From IMG/VR virus record IMGVR_UViG_3300037104_000290, positions 1-34,843 of that record: a stretch of 34,843 nucleotides of DNA; one strand, written 5' to 3'. Made by a program: the position numbers and the translations under genes. Below the pieces are notes generated by a model. The model saw only the letters and a program-made list of their open reading frames with translations, was not told where the DNA came from and searched no databases. Below, piece after piece: positions 1-8,451 of the stretch; position 1 is the first letter of the stretch, and each line of letters starts with the position of its first letter. The stretch is from a virus.

Positions 1-127
1 ATATCCTGCGGATCTGCTCACCGACGGGCTCCGCGATGCGTACTCATTCGGTCTCGGGATTGCTCTGCCGACTGGACCGAGAGAGTTGGGATGGGCGATG
101 GATGCCCACGAGGGGAGGACGAGGTGA
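1..127. repeat. Terminal direct repeat: nt 1-127 are identical to nt 34717-34843 (circular closure overlap). A genuine internal copy lies at 30402-30528
   Basis: Read directly: both window ends read atatcctgcggatctgctcacc...cacgaggggaggacgaggtga. The segment is the 3' end of the repeat-protein gene 33947-34843. Confidence 0.9.
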
Positions 128-909
128 GGGTCCTTGTCGCGTGTGAGTTCTCGGGCGTCGTACGGGAGGCGTTTCGCGCGCAGGGACACGACGCGTGGTC
201 CTGTGACCTGCTACCCACTGAGCAGCCCGGGCCGCACATACAAGGTGACGTCCTGGACCTGCTGTGTGGTGACTGGGACCTAATGATCGCACACCCTCCG
301 TGTACTCATCTCGCGTCGAGTGGGGCCGTCTGGTTCCCCGCGAAACGAGCCAATGGGCGTCAGCAGGAAGCTGTAGGCTTCTTTATGAATCTGGTGAATG
401 CTCCTATCCCAAAGATTGTCATAGAGAATCCTGTGGGGATCATGTCTACGCAGTACAGGAAGCCTGATCAGATCATTCAGCCGTGGCAGTTCGGCCACGG
501 GGAGACTAAGGCAACTTGCCTTTGGTTGAAGGGACTCCCGATCCTCCACCCGACAAACGTCGTCACCGGTAGGACGCCGCGCGTCCACATGCTGCCCCCG
601 GGCCCTGACCGCTGGAAAGAACGGAGCCGGACATATCGAGGTATCGCCGAGGCCATGGCCGAACAATGGGGACACAGCCTCGCCGCCTCCCCGACTCTCG
701 CCGAGGCACGCCGGGGACACGAGGAGAGCAAGATGCGTAATCTCGGTTGGGAGAACGGCTGGGAACACACTCCCGCTATAGTCCGCGCGTGCAAGGACAA
801 AGGGCATCGGCCGACCGAAATCGAGCACGATCAGACACGCCATGGCCTCGACACGGAGTATCGGTGTGACATTTGTGGGTACTTGTATCATGTGGATTCG
901 TCGGACTGA
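124..909 (+). CDS. Short phage-type DNA (cytosine-5) methyltransferase-like protein with a ~70-aa Cys/His-containing C-terminal extension
   Basis: ORF 91-909. Motifs: VLVACEFSG (motif I-like), IAHPPCTHLA (PC catalytic motif), VIENPVG (ENV motif), RSRTYRGIAEAMAEQW. Start moved to GTG 124 because GGAGGA lies at 114-119 and GTGA overlaps the stop of the wrapped upstream gene. Confidence 0.8.
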   Translation: MRVLVACEFSGVVREAFRAQGHDAWSCDLLPTEQPGPHIQGDVLDLLCGDWDLMIAHPPCTHLASSGAVWFPAKRANGRQQEAVGFFMNLVNAPIPKIVIENPVGIMSTQYRKPDQIIQPWQFGHGETKATCLWLKGLPILHPTNVVTGRTPRVHMLPPGPDRWKERSRTYRGIAEAMAEQWGHSLAASPTLAEARRGHEESKMRNLGWENGWEHTPAIVRACKDKGHRPTEIEHDQTRHGLDTEYRCDICGYLYHVDSSD

Positions 910-912
910 GCC

Positions 913-1248
913 ATGAGACGAAAATGCCCGTCCTGTGGATTTGTTTGGACTGATGGCGCAAAAAGGAGCGAAGAGCAGTTTCGCCTATTCCATGCGCTGG
1001 TACATGAGTACGCTCTTTCGCAGGGGATGGACATGGTAACGGCAAAGGACACGCTGTGCGTCCTCTATGGAGTGTCGCGCGAAGTAGGGGATGATTTTCT
1101 TTCAAAGCTCCCACCGTGGCCGGGTGTGTTCTGTAAGGTTTGGGGACGCAAGTTCTTTCGCAAATCGACACTTATTTATCGGAAAAAGGAAATGACAGCC
1201 TTGATCGAAGGGGCTACAGAAGCAATACATGAAAGGGTAATGGGATGA
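913..1248 (+). CDS. Hypothetical protein with N-terminal CxxC knuckle; weak NinB-like pattern
   Basis: ORF 913-1248. CPSCG at the N-terminus. The RSEEQFRLFHAL...KST...EMTALIE pattern resembles the lambda NinB C-terminal half. ATGA overlap with the next gene. Confidence 0.35.
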   Translation: MRRKCPSCGFVWTDGAKRSEEQFRLFHALVHEYALSQGMDMVTAKDTLCVLYGVSREVGDDFLSKLPPWPGVFCKVWGRKFFRKSTLIYRKKEMTALIEGATEAIHERVMG

Positions 1249-1637
1249 CGAAAAACAATAATTGGATTCTAGGTAAGGGCGGGAAGGGATACAAACTCCA
1301 GGCTGCGGGAAAGGGTCGCGACTACCTGACGCTGACTATCCCGCATGAAGCTGGGTTCAAGCTCGGGGATCGCGTGGTAATGAGGCCGATGATACTCAAG
1401 GGTGTGCACGGTCTATTGATCACTGCGCACAAGTTTGAAATCAAAGAAAAGAAAACTCGACCTTCTGGTGTGAAAATCTACACCTCTTGTCGTTGGATAA
1501 GCCGTGCCGATGGAAAAGACTTTGTGTGTGGCAAGGATTTGGAAACAGACAAACAGCGCGAACGGGGTCTATGCGAGAGACACATCTACTGTGATGATGC
1601 CAAAAAAGCAAAAGCTGTTTTGAGATCAAGGAAATGA
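1245..1637 (+). CDS. Hypothetical protein, possible AbrB/SpoVT-like swapped-hairpin N-terminal domain
   Basis: ORF 1245-1637. LTLTIPHEAGFKLGDRVVM resembles the AbrB/MazE DNA-binding hairpin. ATGA overlaps at both ends. Confidence 0.35.
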   Translation: MTKNNNWILGKGGKGYKLQAAGKGRDYLTLTIPHEAGFKLGDRVVMRPMILKGVHGLLITAHKFEIKEKKTRPSGVKIYTSCRWISRADGKDFVCGKDLETDKQRERGLCERHIYCDDAKKAKAVLRSRK

Positions 1638-2098
1638 ATCATGATCCGTCTTTTGGCTACGGCGACATCGTACGCGGTAAGACAAAGAAGAAACGCAACC
1701 CCCGGAAGGCCGCCGTGAATGCCGCCGATAAGTGGGCATCCCTTGACGTGCGGCTGGATAGAGACTGCGTGCTCAAAGCTTTCATCTCTGGCCACGTCTG
1801 CAAGGGTAGTCTTGTCTGCGGACATTTGTTCTCCCGTGTCGCCTATTCTACGCGATGGGACGAGGCGAATCTTTATCCCATCTGTTCGTGGGCCAATATC
1901 CGCATGGAAGACGATCCTGTGGTAGCCCGCCAACTCTTGGAGTATGCCGAGGCCCTTTGGGGTATAGACATCATAGCTCAGCTTCACACGGCCTACGAGA
2001 GGGCTGTCCCCATGAAGACGCACGAAATCCAGGAAGCGGCCACCGAGTGGAAGGAAAGGTATGAGAAGCACAGCGAGTGGTGGAGAAGTTTGAAATGA
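1634..2098 (+). CDS. NinG/Rap-like recombination endonuclease family protein
   Basis: ORF 1634-2098. C..GSLVCGHLFSRVAYSTRWDEANLYPICSWAN matches the NinG pattern (C-x-GH-x-SR...RFDE-N...C..CN). Sits in a nin-like gene context. Confidence 0.55.
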   Translation: MNHDPSFGYGDIVRGKTKKKRNPRKAAVNAADKWASLDVRLDRDCVLKAFISGHVCKGSLVCGHLFSRVAYSTRWDEANLYPICSWANIRMEDDPVVARQLLEYAEALWGIDIIAQLHTAYERAVPMKTHEIQEAATEWKERYEKHSEWWRSLK

Positions 2099-2334
2099 GG
2101 GTACGCTTCACCATCACTTCCGACAGGTGGGAGCAAGCCAAAGAATACGCCAAAGCCACCAACCGAACTACCTCGGAGCTGATAAACGAGGCTTTGGAGC
2201 AAATACAGGCGAGGTACTCGAAACGCCACAGATCGCCTGCCGAATCCGAGCTTGACGCTTTATCCGTTCTGGTGGCAGATCGGCTATCCAGGGTACCCGC
2301 AGGTACGTATAAGGGCAAGTATGGCGGGCTTTGA
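2095..2334 (+). CDS. Ribbon-helix-helix (Arc/CopG-like) DNA-binding protein
   Basis: In-frame ATG 2095 forms an ATGA overlap with the upstream stop. MRVRFTITSDRWEQAKEYAKATNRTTSELINEALEQ reads as beta strand plus two helices. Confidence 0.6.
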   Translation: MRVRFTITSDRWEQAKEYAKATNRTTSELINEALEQIQARYSKRHRSPAESELDALSVLVADRLSRVPAGTYKGKYGGL

Positions 2335-2593
2335 AGATGACATTCTCCGACGAGCAATCAAGACGCTATCTGAGGATCTTTTCCCGGAGACTCTCGAGAA
2401 ACTACGCAAGAAGGCGCATGATGAGCATCTAACTCTACAACAGCAGCTCGACATGGTAACCGAGGAAGCAATGCGAGGGTACGTCGAGCCGGAGAGCTTG
2501 AGAGATCGCAAGGAGCCAGAGAAAACCGTTCCTACGCCTCCAGTTAGAGACTGGAAGATGGCTGCGACTGGAGAGAAAGGGTCTGAAATATAA
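2321..2593 (+). CDS. Small RHH-like protein, paralog of 31233-31490
   Basis: ATG 2321 within ORF 2252-2593, overlapping the upstream stop by 14 nt. About 80% identical to the 31233-31490 product (DDILRRAIKT.SEDLFPETLEKLRKKA.DEHLTLQQQLDM.TEEAMRGYVEP). Confidence 0.7.
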   Translation: MAGFEDDILRRAIKTLSEDLFPETLEKLRKKAHDEHLTLQQQLDMVTEEAMRGYVEPESLRDRKEPEKTVPTPPVRDWKMAATGEKGSEI

Positions 2594-2632
2594 ACGCGAG
2601 ACTGCGAACTCGCTGAGAAAGGTGGCCGCGCT

Positions 2633-3145
2633 CTACTTCCACCAACCGAGAGCGTGGCCTCCTTCGTAGATCGCAAACGCTCCGAGTCCTACGCTCAGCG
2701 TAACACAGCCGATCTTGAGAACGCTCACCTGCAATTCAAGAGCCTTTGCGTCAGCCTGGGCTTGTATGGTAGATTGCGTAGAGGCGGATAAGTCCTTCTG
2801 CAAGGCTGCGGATTTGCTTTCCGATGTCGCTTCCGCTTCCTGCGATTTCTTGAGCGATGCTCTCAAGCCCGCGTTTTCCCGCGTCAATGAGTTGTTGCTG
2901 TTCTGTAAGTCGAGATTGCTGCTGGCTAATGATCCGTTGTTCGCTATCTGCAAGTCCAACTGCGCTGTCAAGTTGCTGATGAACAAGTCGTAGCTGTTGG
3001 GCAAGGTCTGCGCTATTGGCAGTAGCGCTTGCCAGATCGGTTCGGAGGCTTGCGAGATCGGCGTTGAGCTTTGCTCCTGAGCCATGCAGGGCGATATAGC
3101 CAACACCAGCACACAAAGCAATACCAGCCATGATACACGCGACAT
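2633..3145 (-). CDS. Alternative-frame lysis-cassette ORF: N-terminal signal peptide, Q/S/L-rich coiled region, C-terminal TM anchor (o-/u-spanin-like layout, no clean lipobox)
   Basis: ORF 2633-3145. MSRVSWLVLLCVLVLAISPCMAQ signal-like start and C-terminal IGCVTLSVGLGAFAIY. Starts 22 nt inside ORF 2751-3167 in another frame and runs 118 nt beyond its end. Confidence 0.4.
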   Translation of the reverse strand: MSRVSWLVLLCVLVLAISPCMAQEQSSTPISQASEPIWQALLPIAQTLPNSYDLFISNLTAQLDLQIANNGSLASSNLDLQNSNNSLTRENAGLRASLKKSQEAEATSESKSAALQKDLSASTQSTIQAQADAKALELQVSVLKIGCVTLSVGLGAFAIYEGGHALGWWK

Positions 3146-3167
3146 AACCCCATCCCTTCCATTTCAT
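2751..3167 (-). CDS. i-spanin (Rz-like) candidate: N-terminal TM plus coiled coil
   Basis: In-frame ATG 3167 of ORF 2751-3287 forms an ATGA overlap with the holin-like gene stop. MKWKGWGYVACIMAGIALCAGVGYIAL TM segment followed by a heptad-like Q/L/A-rich sequence. Confidence 0.55.
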   Translation of the reverse strand: MKWKGWGYVACIMAGIALCAGVGYIALHGSGAKLNADLASLRTDLASATANSADLAQQLRLVHQQLDSAVGLADSEQRIISQQQSRLTEQQQLIDAGKRGLESIAQEIAGSGSDIGKQIRSLAEGLIRLYAIYHTSPG

Positions 3168-3466
3168 GATCTGTCCACCGTCCCGCCTACTATAAACGTC
3201 GGCGGTGAAGATTGCGCCACAGGCATAGGCGGTGCTGACGTCGTAGTCGGCTGCTGTGCGCTTGCGATGCTCGTGTCCGTGAACCATACCCGCAAAATCA
3301 CGTTCAACGCCACGTTTAGAATCCCCACCGCGAGTAGTACCATCTTGGCGTCAACATACTGTTGAATCACAGAGATCGTTCCGAGCACTAACGTGATGAC
3401 GTTCAGCCAGACCGTTTTTGACGAAAACCATTTCTTCTTCACGGTTCCCTCCTTATGCCGCTTCAA
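3164..3466 (-). CDS. Holin-like protein with two TM segments
   Basis: ORF 3164-3466. TM1 is TVWLNVITLVLGTISVI and TM2 is MVLLAVGILNVALNVILRVWF. Lies between the endolysin-like and spanin-like genes. A second possible start is GTG 3442, preceded by AAGGAGG. Confidence 0.6.
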   Translation of the reverse strand: MKRHKEGTVKKKWFSSKTVWLNVITLVLGTISVIQQYVDAKMVLLAVGILNVALNVILRVWFTDTSIASAQQPTTTSAPPMPVAQSSPPTFIVGGTVDRS

Positions 3467-3941
3467 GAGTGATGTACGACTGATCGGGCTTTTCGGCTTT
3501 CAGCTCGGCAAGCTCCGCCTGGATCTGCCCTACCAGCCATTCGAGGTCAGTCCTGTAGATGACGCGGATGCACCCGTACGTATAGGTAAACACAGAGAAG
3601 TGGATTCCGTAGGCGTTGTCCATGACCATACGTCCGCTGGGCTTATCGTACTTGCCATCTGACGTTAGGAGCCATTCCTCCACCATCTGCCATGCATCAG
3701 TGGCGACGAAGAACGGAGCGAGATCCTGCTTTGTCTCAGGCTTCACTTCGAGAACCTTCCATCCCCCAGGAGGCGAGACGGGAAAGCCCTGCGGCTTGTA
3801 GGGAACATTTCCGTAGCTTGTCCGGAGCACGACATCATTCCCAGATGCGTCATGACTTAAGCGGACAAAGTTGGAAACCGGGATCTGTTTGCCATATGCA
3901 TCGAGGAGGTTTTGACTGCGGAGAAAGGTAATGTCCGCCAT
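3453..3941 (-). CDS. Putative endolysin with YkuD (L,D-transpeptidase)-like GIH...YGCIRV motif
   Basis: ORF 3453-3998 trimmed to ATG 3941 (TAAcATG after the upstream stop). AYGIHFSVFTYTYGCIRVIY resembles the His/Cys catalytic motif of the YkuD fold. Position is immediately upstream of the holin. Confidence 0.45.
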   Translation of the reverse strand: MADITFLRSQNLLDAYGKQIPVSNFVRLSHDASGNDVVLRTSYGNVPYKPQGFPVSPPGGWKVLEVKPETKQDLAPFFVATDAWQMVEEWLLTSDGKYDKPSGRMVMDNAYGIHFSVFTYTYGCIRVIYRTDLEWLVGQIQAELAELKAEKPDQSYITLEAA

Positions 3942-3942
3942 G

Positions 3943-4284
3943 TTACGGAGTTGGAGGTTCCTCGCCAGGAGGTTTCGGTTCTGGGGTCGGCTCGGCAATG
4001 GGAGCTGCTATAGGTTCGGGCAACGGCATCGCCTGCGCCTCGATTTTGATGACAGCGTTTCCCTGGCCGTACTCGTCGAAATGCCCCTGGCTGTCGATGT
4101 GGACGCCGATGCTGTGCGTCTTCGCAAGAGGGCTCTTGGAAAACGCCGACTTGATGTCGTAGGCGATGCCTGCCTCGACGGACGCAAACGCCTTGTTGAC
4201 CATAGTGCCCTCGCGCTTGATGGCCTCCTCTGCGGTCTTCGCGACCTGCTCCGCCTCACCGATCAATTTCCTGAACCAGCTCAT
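3943..4284 (-). CDS. Hypothetical protein with Pro/Glu-rich C-terminal tail
   Basis: ORF 3943-4386 trimmed to ATG 4284, preceded by AAGGAGAA at 6-nt spacing. Confidence 0.5.
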   Translation of the reverse strand: MSWFRKLIGEAEQVAKTAEEAIKREGTMVNKAFASVEAGIAYDIKSAFSKSPLAKTHSIGVHIDSQGHFDEYGQGNAVIKIEAQAMPLPEPIAAPIAEPTPEPKPPGEEPPTP

Positions 4285-4409
4285 ATAGTTCTCCTTCGCG
4301 TAACCCCGCCGGGAATTGGAACCATCATACCACGCGGATACGATAGAGGGAAGGACCGAGCGCAAGGAGAGAGAAACGCCCGGCACCCCTTCCCTCTATC
4401 GCGTCAGCT

Positions 4410-4724
4410 TCATTTCGTTTCCGCTCTACTGACACTTTGTCCGTTCACGTACTTTCTGTAATCCTCTCGGCTCTCCGCCATCTTCTTCTGCGCATCTTCA
4501 AGCTCACCGTTGATCCTATGTCCCTGTAGAGCACGGATGTTCAAACTCGATATGTCGAATACCACTTCCATCATGTTCATCATGTGGACTTGGTTTCCTT
4601 CGACGCGATCCAATCGCTTCGGTGACTTCCACACTTTCGCAACGCGTCCCGCAAGATAAACGATAATCGCAACTACAAGCATGCCGCCAACCGTAAGAAG
4701 AGCCACGTACAGATCATGATCCAT
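4410..4724 (-). CDS. Type-II membrane protein with a single N-terminal TM, function unknown
   Basis: ORF 4410-4724. LYVALLTVGGMLVVAIIVYLAG TM segment. AGAAGGAGAG SD upstream. Confidence 0.55.
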   Translation of the reverse strand: MDHDLYVALLTVGGMLVVAIIVYLAGRVAKVWKSPKRLDRVEGNQVHMMNMMEVVFDISSLNIRALQGHRINGELEDAQKKMAESREDYRKYVNGQSVSRAETK

Positions 4725-4794
4725 GATTCTCTCCTTCTATGTTGTTTTCATCCATCATTTATCCTTTCGTTGCCCTATCTTATTGCTGTCCAGA

Positions 4795-5505
4795 TCATGC
4801 TTTCCAGCGACCAATGGCGTGAAATGTCACGTACACGTTCTGTGCCATGACCGAGTTCAATACCTCTCCTTGTCCTTGTGTCAGAGATGGCGGATTGCCT
4901 GGACCACTCGACACATTAGAGAAGCCGCTCCATGTTCCTATTGGCCAACATTGCACTTGCGAAAATCCAACGCTATAGAAGGTGAGTGGGTATGGGGAAG
5001 AAACTGCTTGCACGGCTCCACTGAGGACAAGTGTTGCTTGATACGTTCCCCACTGCTCCATCGTCCCATCGCCGAACTTGATCCATGAGCCGTTGGCGTT
5101 GGAGCCGGAGATTTCGAAAGCATCGGCGGCAATATTGCCGGAGCTATCGAAATAGACATTGAAAAGCAAGCCGCCAGACAATAGCGTGTCGTCAAGGGCG
5201 GCAATTGGGACAACGACCGTGTTGCCCGCCGTGGTCTTGAGCGTGAGCGTATATGGACCGCCAAACGATGCCACCAGATATGGCGACGGTATGAAAACCG
5301 TGTACGACCCCGTCCCGTTCGGCAAGGGATAGATGACGTTGCCATTAGGTACAGATTTGAGAGGAGAGATGACGGAGCTTCCCCCTTCCGACACCTCATT
5401 GATCTTCTTCAGCAGGTCGAGATCGGCCTTCTGGATTTCTTTTTCTATATCCTTCGAGTCTTTTTTGTCCGCGATCTGCGCAAGTAATGTAGATATATAT
5501 GTCAT
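4795..5505 (-). CDS. Tail fibre / receptor-binding protein
   Basis: ORF 4795-5526 trimmed to ATG 5505 (ATGA overlap). The C-terminal NGSWIKFGDGTMEQWGT...LTF motif is typical of phage tail-fibre tip domains. Confidence 0.6.
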   Translation of the reverse strand: MTYISTLLAQIADKKDSKDIEKEIQKADLDLLKKINEVSEGGSSVISPLKSVPNGNVIYPLPNGTGSYTVFIPSPYLVASFGGPYTLTLKTTAGNTVVVPIAALDDTLLSGGLLFNVYFDSSGNIAADAFEISGSNANGSWIKFGDGTMEQWGTYQATLVLSGAVQAVSSPYPLTFYSVGFSQVQCWPIGTWSGFSNVSSGPGNPPSLTQGQGEVLNSVMAQNVYVTFHAIGRWKA

Positions 5506-5801
5506 TTGTCTTGTGGCCTTCCCCATGGTCCATCGAGTGACATGGCATCTGTCGTCCCCGTGTTTTGCATGGCTTTCGAGGGAGACTTTGGGGCAGGAGG
5601 AGCTCCAGGATTATAGATTTTCTGTGCCATCATAGCCGTGGTAATATCTCCAAGAGTACGAGGCTTTTCAACAGGGATAGGCTTAGGGGGCTTTATCCCC
5701 GATAGTTCTGGATCTATCTTTTTGTCAACAGGCCTTATGTCAGGAGGCCGTGCACCATTCTTGAGATATGCCTTCAAGAGCATATCCTTTACCTCACCCA
5801 T
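5502..5801 (-). CDS. Hypothetical Pro/Lys-rich protein
   Basis: ORF 5502-5891 trimmed to ATG 5801, which overlaps the stop of the hidden 49-aa gene (ATGGGTGA). Confidence 0.45.
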   Translation of the reverse strand: MGEVKDMLLKAYLKNGARPPDIRPVDKKIDPELSGIKPPKPIPVEKPRTLGDITTAMMAQKIYNPGAPPAPKSPSKAMQNTGTTDAMSLDGPWGRPQDK

Positions 5802-5943
5802 TCTTTTTGTCCTCTGGTTTCTTCTCGATGCCCTTGATAGTGCCAGCATTCTTGGATGCGTAGAATATGGCATCACCTTTTTTCTTCCCATACTGGGAGT
5901 GCATATTGTCGATTATTTCTTTTCCCTTCTTGCTTAATGGCAT
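5794..5943 (-). CDS. Small basic 49-aa protein (MPLSKKGKEIIDNMHSQYGKKKGDAIFYASKNAGTIKGIEKKPEDKKNG), below the ORF-track size cutoff
   Basis: Hand-translated from ATG 5943 to TGA 5794. The pattern G.K....M...YG.KKG..IFYAS.N matches a small phage protein family I recall. Confidence 0.5.
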   Translation of the reverse strand: MPLSKKGKEIIDNMHSQYGKKKGDAIFYASKNAGTIKGIEKKPEDKKNG

Positions 5944-5952
5944 ATTCCCTTC

Positions 5953-8451
5953 CTATTTCCAGAGTCCCATCTGCATGAGTTTTGTCAGGTCAACTCCACC
6001 TTCGTTCACGATCATGTCGAGCACGGCCTGTTTCTTCTGCTCGGAGTTTTTGCTCTTGTCCCACATTATCTGCTTGAGCCGAGTATCGATCTCCTTTGTA
6101 TCCCCCACCCCCATTCCTTTGAGAGCGGAAATCAACTTCTCATTGTCCGCATCATGAGCCATCCTATCGCTTGAACTCAGCCTCCCCGCTCCTCCTATTC
6201 CAGAATTAAATAGGTTGTCGGTATAGTGATTTAAGGCGTTTGATATGACGTTCGGACCGTCCATTTTCTTCAACGCCATATGCGCTTTGTAGAGTTTCTC
6301 TGCTTGCGCTGGATCATCAACCAACCCTTGCCATGTAGCAGGGTTTTCAGGATTGAAGTTGTCCGTCCCCTGCTTCACAGCTTGCACAAATTGCTCATAA
6401 GGCTCCGCGAATCCCTGCAATCTCCTCTGGTGGAGCTCATACATCATCTGTAGGCGCTGCTCCAGGAGCTTCGGAGCAAATGCGTGTCCTGATGCGTTCT
6501 GTGTTTCTCCGATGAAGTCGCTGTTTGCTTTCTGTTGGAGATCGATAGGACTCGGCTCGGGAGGCTGGGCTGTGGCGTTGGGAATAGGCTGCGCCCCACT
6601 GGGCCCTTGGGGCTGACCCGTAACAGGGGAAATGGGGATAGGGTTAACTGTAGGGGAACCCTGCTCTACGGGGGCATTCTGGGGAGGCTCCGTACCTACC
6701 GGGGTATCGGATGGCACTGTAGGCATGCGAGGGGAAACGATACCACCAATAGCGGGAGCGACTCCATTCAATTGCCCAGTTCCTATCATTTGCGCAGCCT
6801 TCGAACCGATCAATTCACCCGCCCCTCCGGGAATTGTAGCTGTGGCTGAAGAAAGTCCCTTTATGAATCCTGCTGTTTTTCCACCCATTCTATTAGCCAA
6901 TCGTGCCAATCCTTTGTTGGCCATAGAACCTACCACAGTTCCAAGAGTCATGTTTACACCGAGATTAGCCCATGATGCAGGATCACTAGGATCGAAGTTC
7001 TTTAGGCTTGAGGCTCCTCCAATAGCAGCTCCTTCCCCCGCCCCACCGAGAATCTTGGAAAGAATCTCCCTAGGAGCTGTGGGGGATCCAGCCTCTACCC
7101 CTTTCACGGTGCTTTCCGCCCTAGCAGAGCCAAGCTTAAGCATCTTCATGGCAGGCCATGATTGTTTTAATTCAGCAGGCACAAAATGACCATCTAGAAT
7201 ATCGTGGATATGATCCGCCACTTCTCCATTCAGTTGTGTTGGGACATCGGACGATTTGAATCCGTTTGACATATCCTTTGTCAACATCTTTCGGATATCA
7301 GGCAGAGCACTATCTCCGGTAAGTTTCTGCCCTGCCACGTAGGAATCCCCGCGTTGGACAACTTCCTGAATGTAATTTCCTATCCCTTGTCCATATACCG
7401 GATCATTCAAGAGTTTCTGAATATCAGGATGATTGACAATCTCATTTAAGAAATCAGAAGGTTTTGCCTCGCTATTCTTAAATGCATCATCAACTTGATT
7501 CCATATTTTGCCATTTCCTTGAGTAAAGGCCTCTACATCGGATTTGCTAAAAAGATTGTTTTTCAGAATCATATCAGAGAGATTTGATTTCAAATCGGCA
7601 AGATGCTCCGCTGTCGAACCTGCCTTCCCCGCCACTCCACCGGCCGCTACGTTTTTGAGTATCCGTGAGGCTCCTGGAATTGCTGAATTAATTGCCATAT
7701 CGTTGGCTACTTCATCCATGGCCTTGGCTACGGCGGGAGCACCGCCAAGAATCTTGCTTAGTGCAACACCTCCAACGGTACCATAAATCATATTTTGCTT
7801 GAGATCGTTCCATGTCTGACTGGGATCTCCGGTATTGATACTCTGAAATGCCGCTGTGGGTATTGCAAATGTAGCCGCATTCAAAGCCTGCCTAGCGACA
7901 AGAGGTATCAATCCCTTTCCAGCTAAGAATCCCCCCTTAGCTGCCAGCGCTTCTCCACCGCCAGGAATAGCAAGCGAGCTCGCTACCGCTCCCGCTATAT
8001 TCCCTGCTGTGTTCTCAATTCCAAAGTTTTTCTTAAGAAAGTCTGTATCCTGTTGAGAAGTCGTATCCCCAGCTACCTTCTGTGCCGCTTCAAGTCCTCC
8101 CATACTTGCGCCATTCAACATACCTTCCGCTGTAGATCCAACAGCGTTAAGTATTGGCATGTTGGCTTGAACATCTGCGGTCCTTGACTGTTGCCATTCC
8201 CGAGCATCGGAAATATCACTATCAGATGCACCAAATTTGGAAGCAAGTTTCGGAAACGAGCTAATCAACGCTTTCTTGAAATCATACGGAGTGCTCGGAA
8301 CTGCCCCTTTCAACGCCTGATAGTTTGGAGACTGTGAAATCTTGCTTGCAAGTTCTCCCATACCCGGAAGCTGCTTCACAATCCCGTCAGCCGGGGGAAG
8401 AATAGGAGAGGTTACGGGAGGCTGCCAGAGTGTCGAGTTAGGGTCCGACAT
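5953..8451 (-). CDS. Large Gly/Ala-rich virion protein (tape-measure- or internal ejection-protein-like)
   Basis: 832-aa ORF abutting the upstream stop. Contains Gly-rich hydrophobic stretches and sits in the tail module. Confidence 0.5.
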   Translation of the reverse strand: MSDPNSTLWQPPVTSPILPPADGIVKQLPGMGELASKISQSPNYQALKGAVPSTPYDFKKALISSFPKLASKFGASDSDISDAREWQQSRTADVQANMPILNAVGSTAEGMLNGASMGGLEAAQKVAGDTTSQQDTDFLKKNFGIENTAGNIAGAVASSLAIPGGGEALAAKGGFLAGKGLIPLVARQALNAATFAIPTAAFQSINTGDPSQTWNDLKQNMIYGTVGGVALSKILGGAPAVAKAMDEVANDMAINSAIPGASRILKNVAAGGVAGKAGSTAEHLADLKSNLSDMILKNNLFSKSDVEAFTQGNGKIWNQVDDAFKNSEAKPSDFLNEIVNHPDIQKLLNDPVYGQGIGNYIQEVVQRGDSYVAGQKLTGDSALPDIRKMLTKDMSNGFKSSDVPTQLNGEVADHIHDILDGHFVPAELKQSWPAMKMLKLGSARAESTVKGVEAGSPTAPREILSKILGGAGEGAAIGGASSLKNFDPSDPASWANLGVNMTLGTVVGSMANKGLARLANRMGGKTAGFIKGLSSATATIPGGAGELIGSKAAQMIGTGQLNGVAPAIGGIVSPRMPTVPSDTPVGTEPPQNAPVEQGSPTVNPIPISPVTGQPQGPSGAQPIPNATAQPPEPSPIDLQQKANSDFIGETQNASGHAFAPKLLEQRLQMMYELHQRRLQGFAEPYEQFVQAVKQGTDNFNPENPATWQGLVDDPAQAEKLYKAHMALKKMDGPNVISNALNHYTDNLFNSGIGGAGRLSSSDRMAHDADNEKLISALKGMGVGDTKEIDTRLKQIMWDKSKNSEQKKQAVLDMIVNEGGVDLTKLMQMGLWK

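Noticed and set aside
91-123. ATG 91 as the methyltransferase start (and ATG 30393 for the ORF after paralog A).
   Set aside because: Both ATGs lie inside the conserved 3' end of the upstream repeat gene. GGAGGA plus GTG in a GTGA overlap gives a start right at the conserved VLVACEFSG motif.
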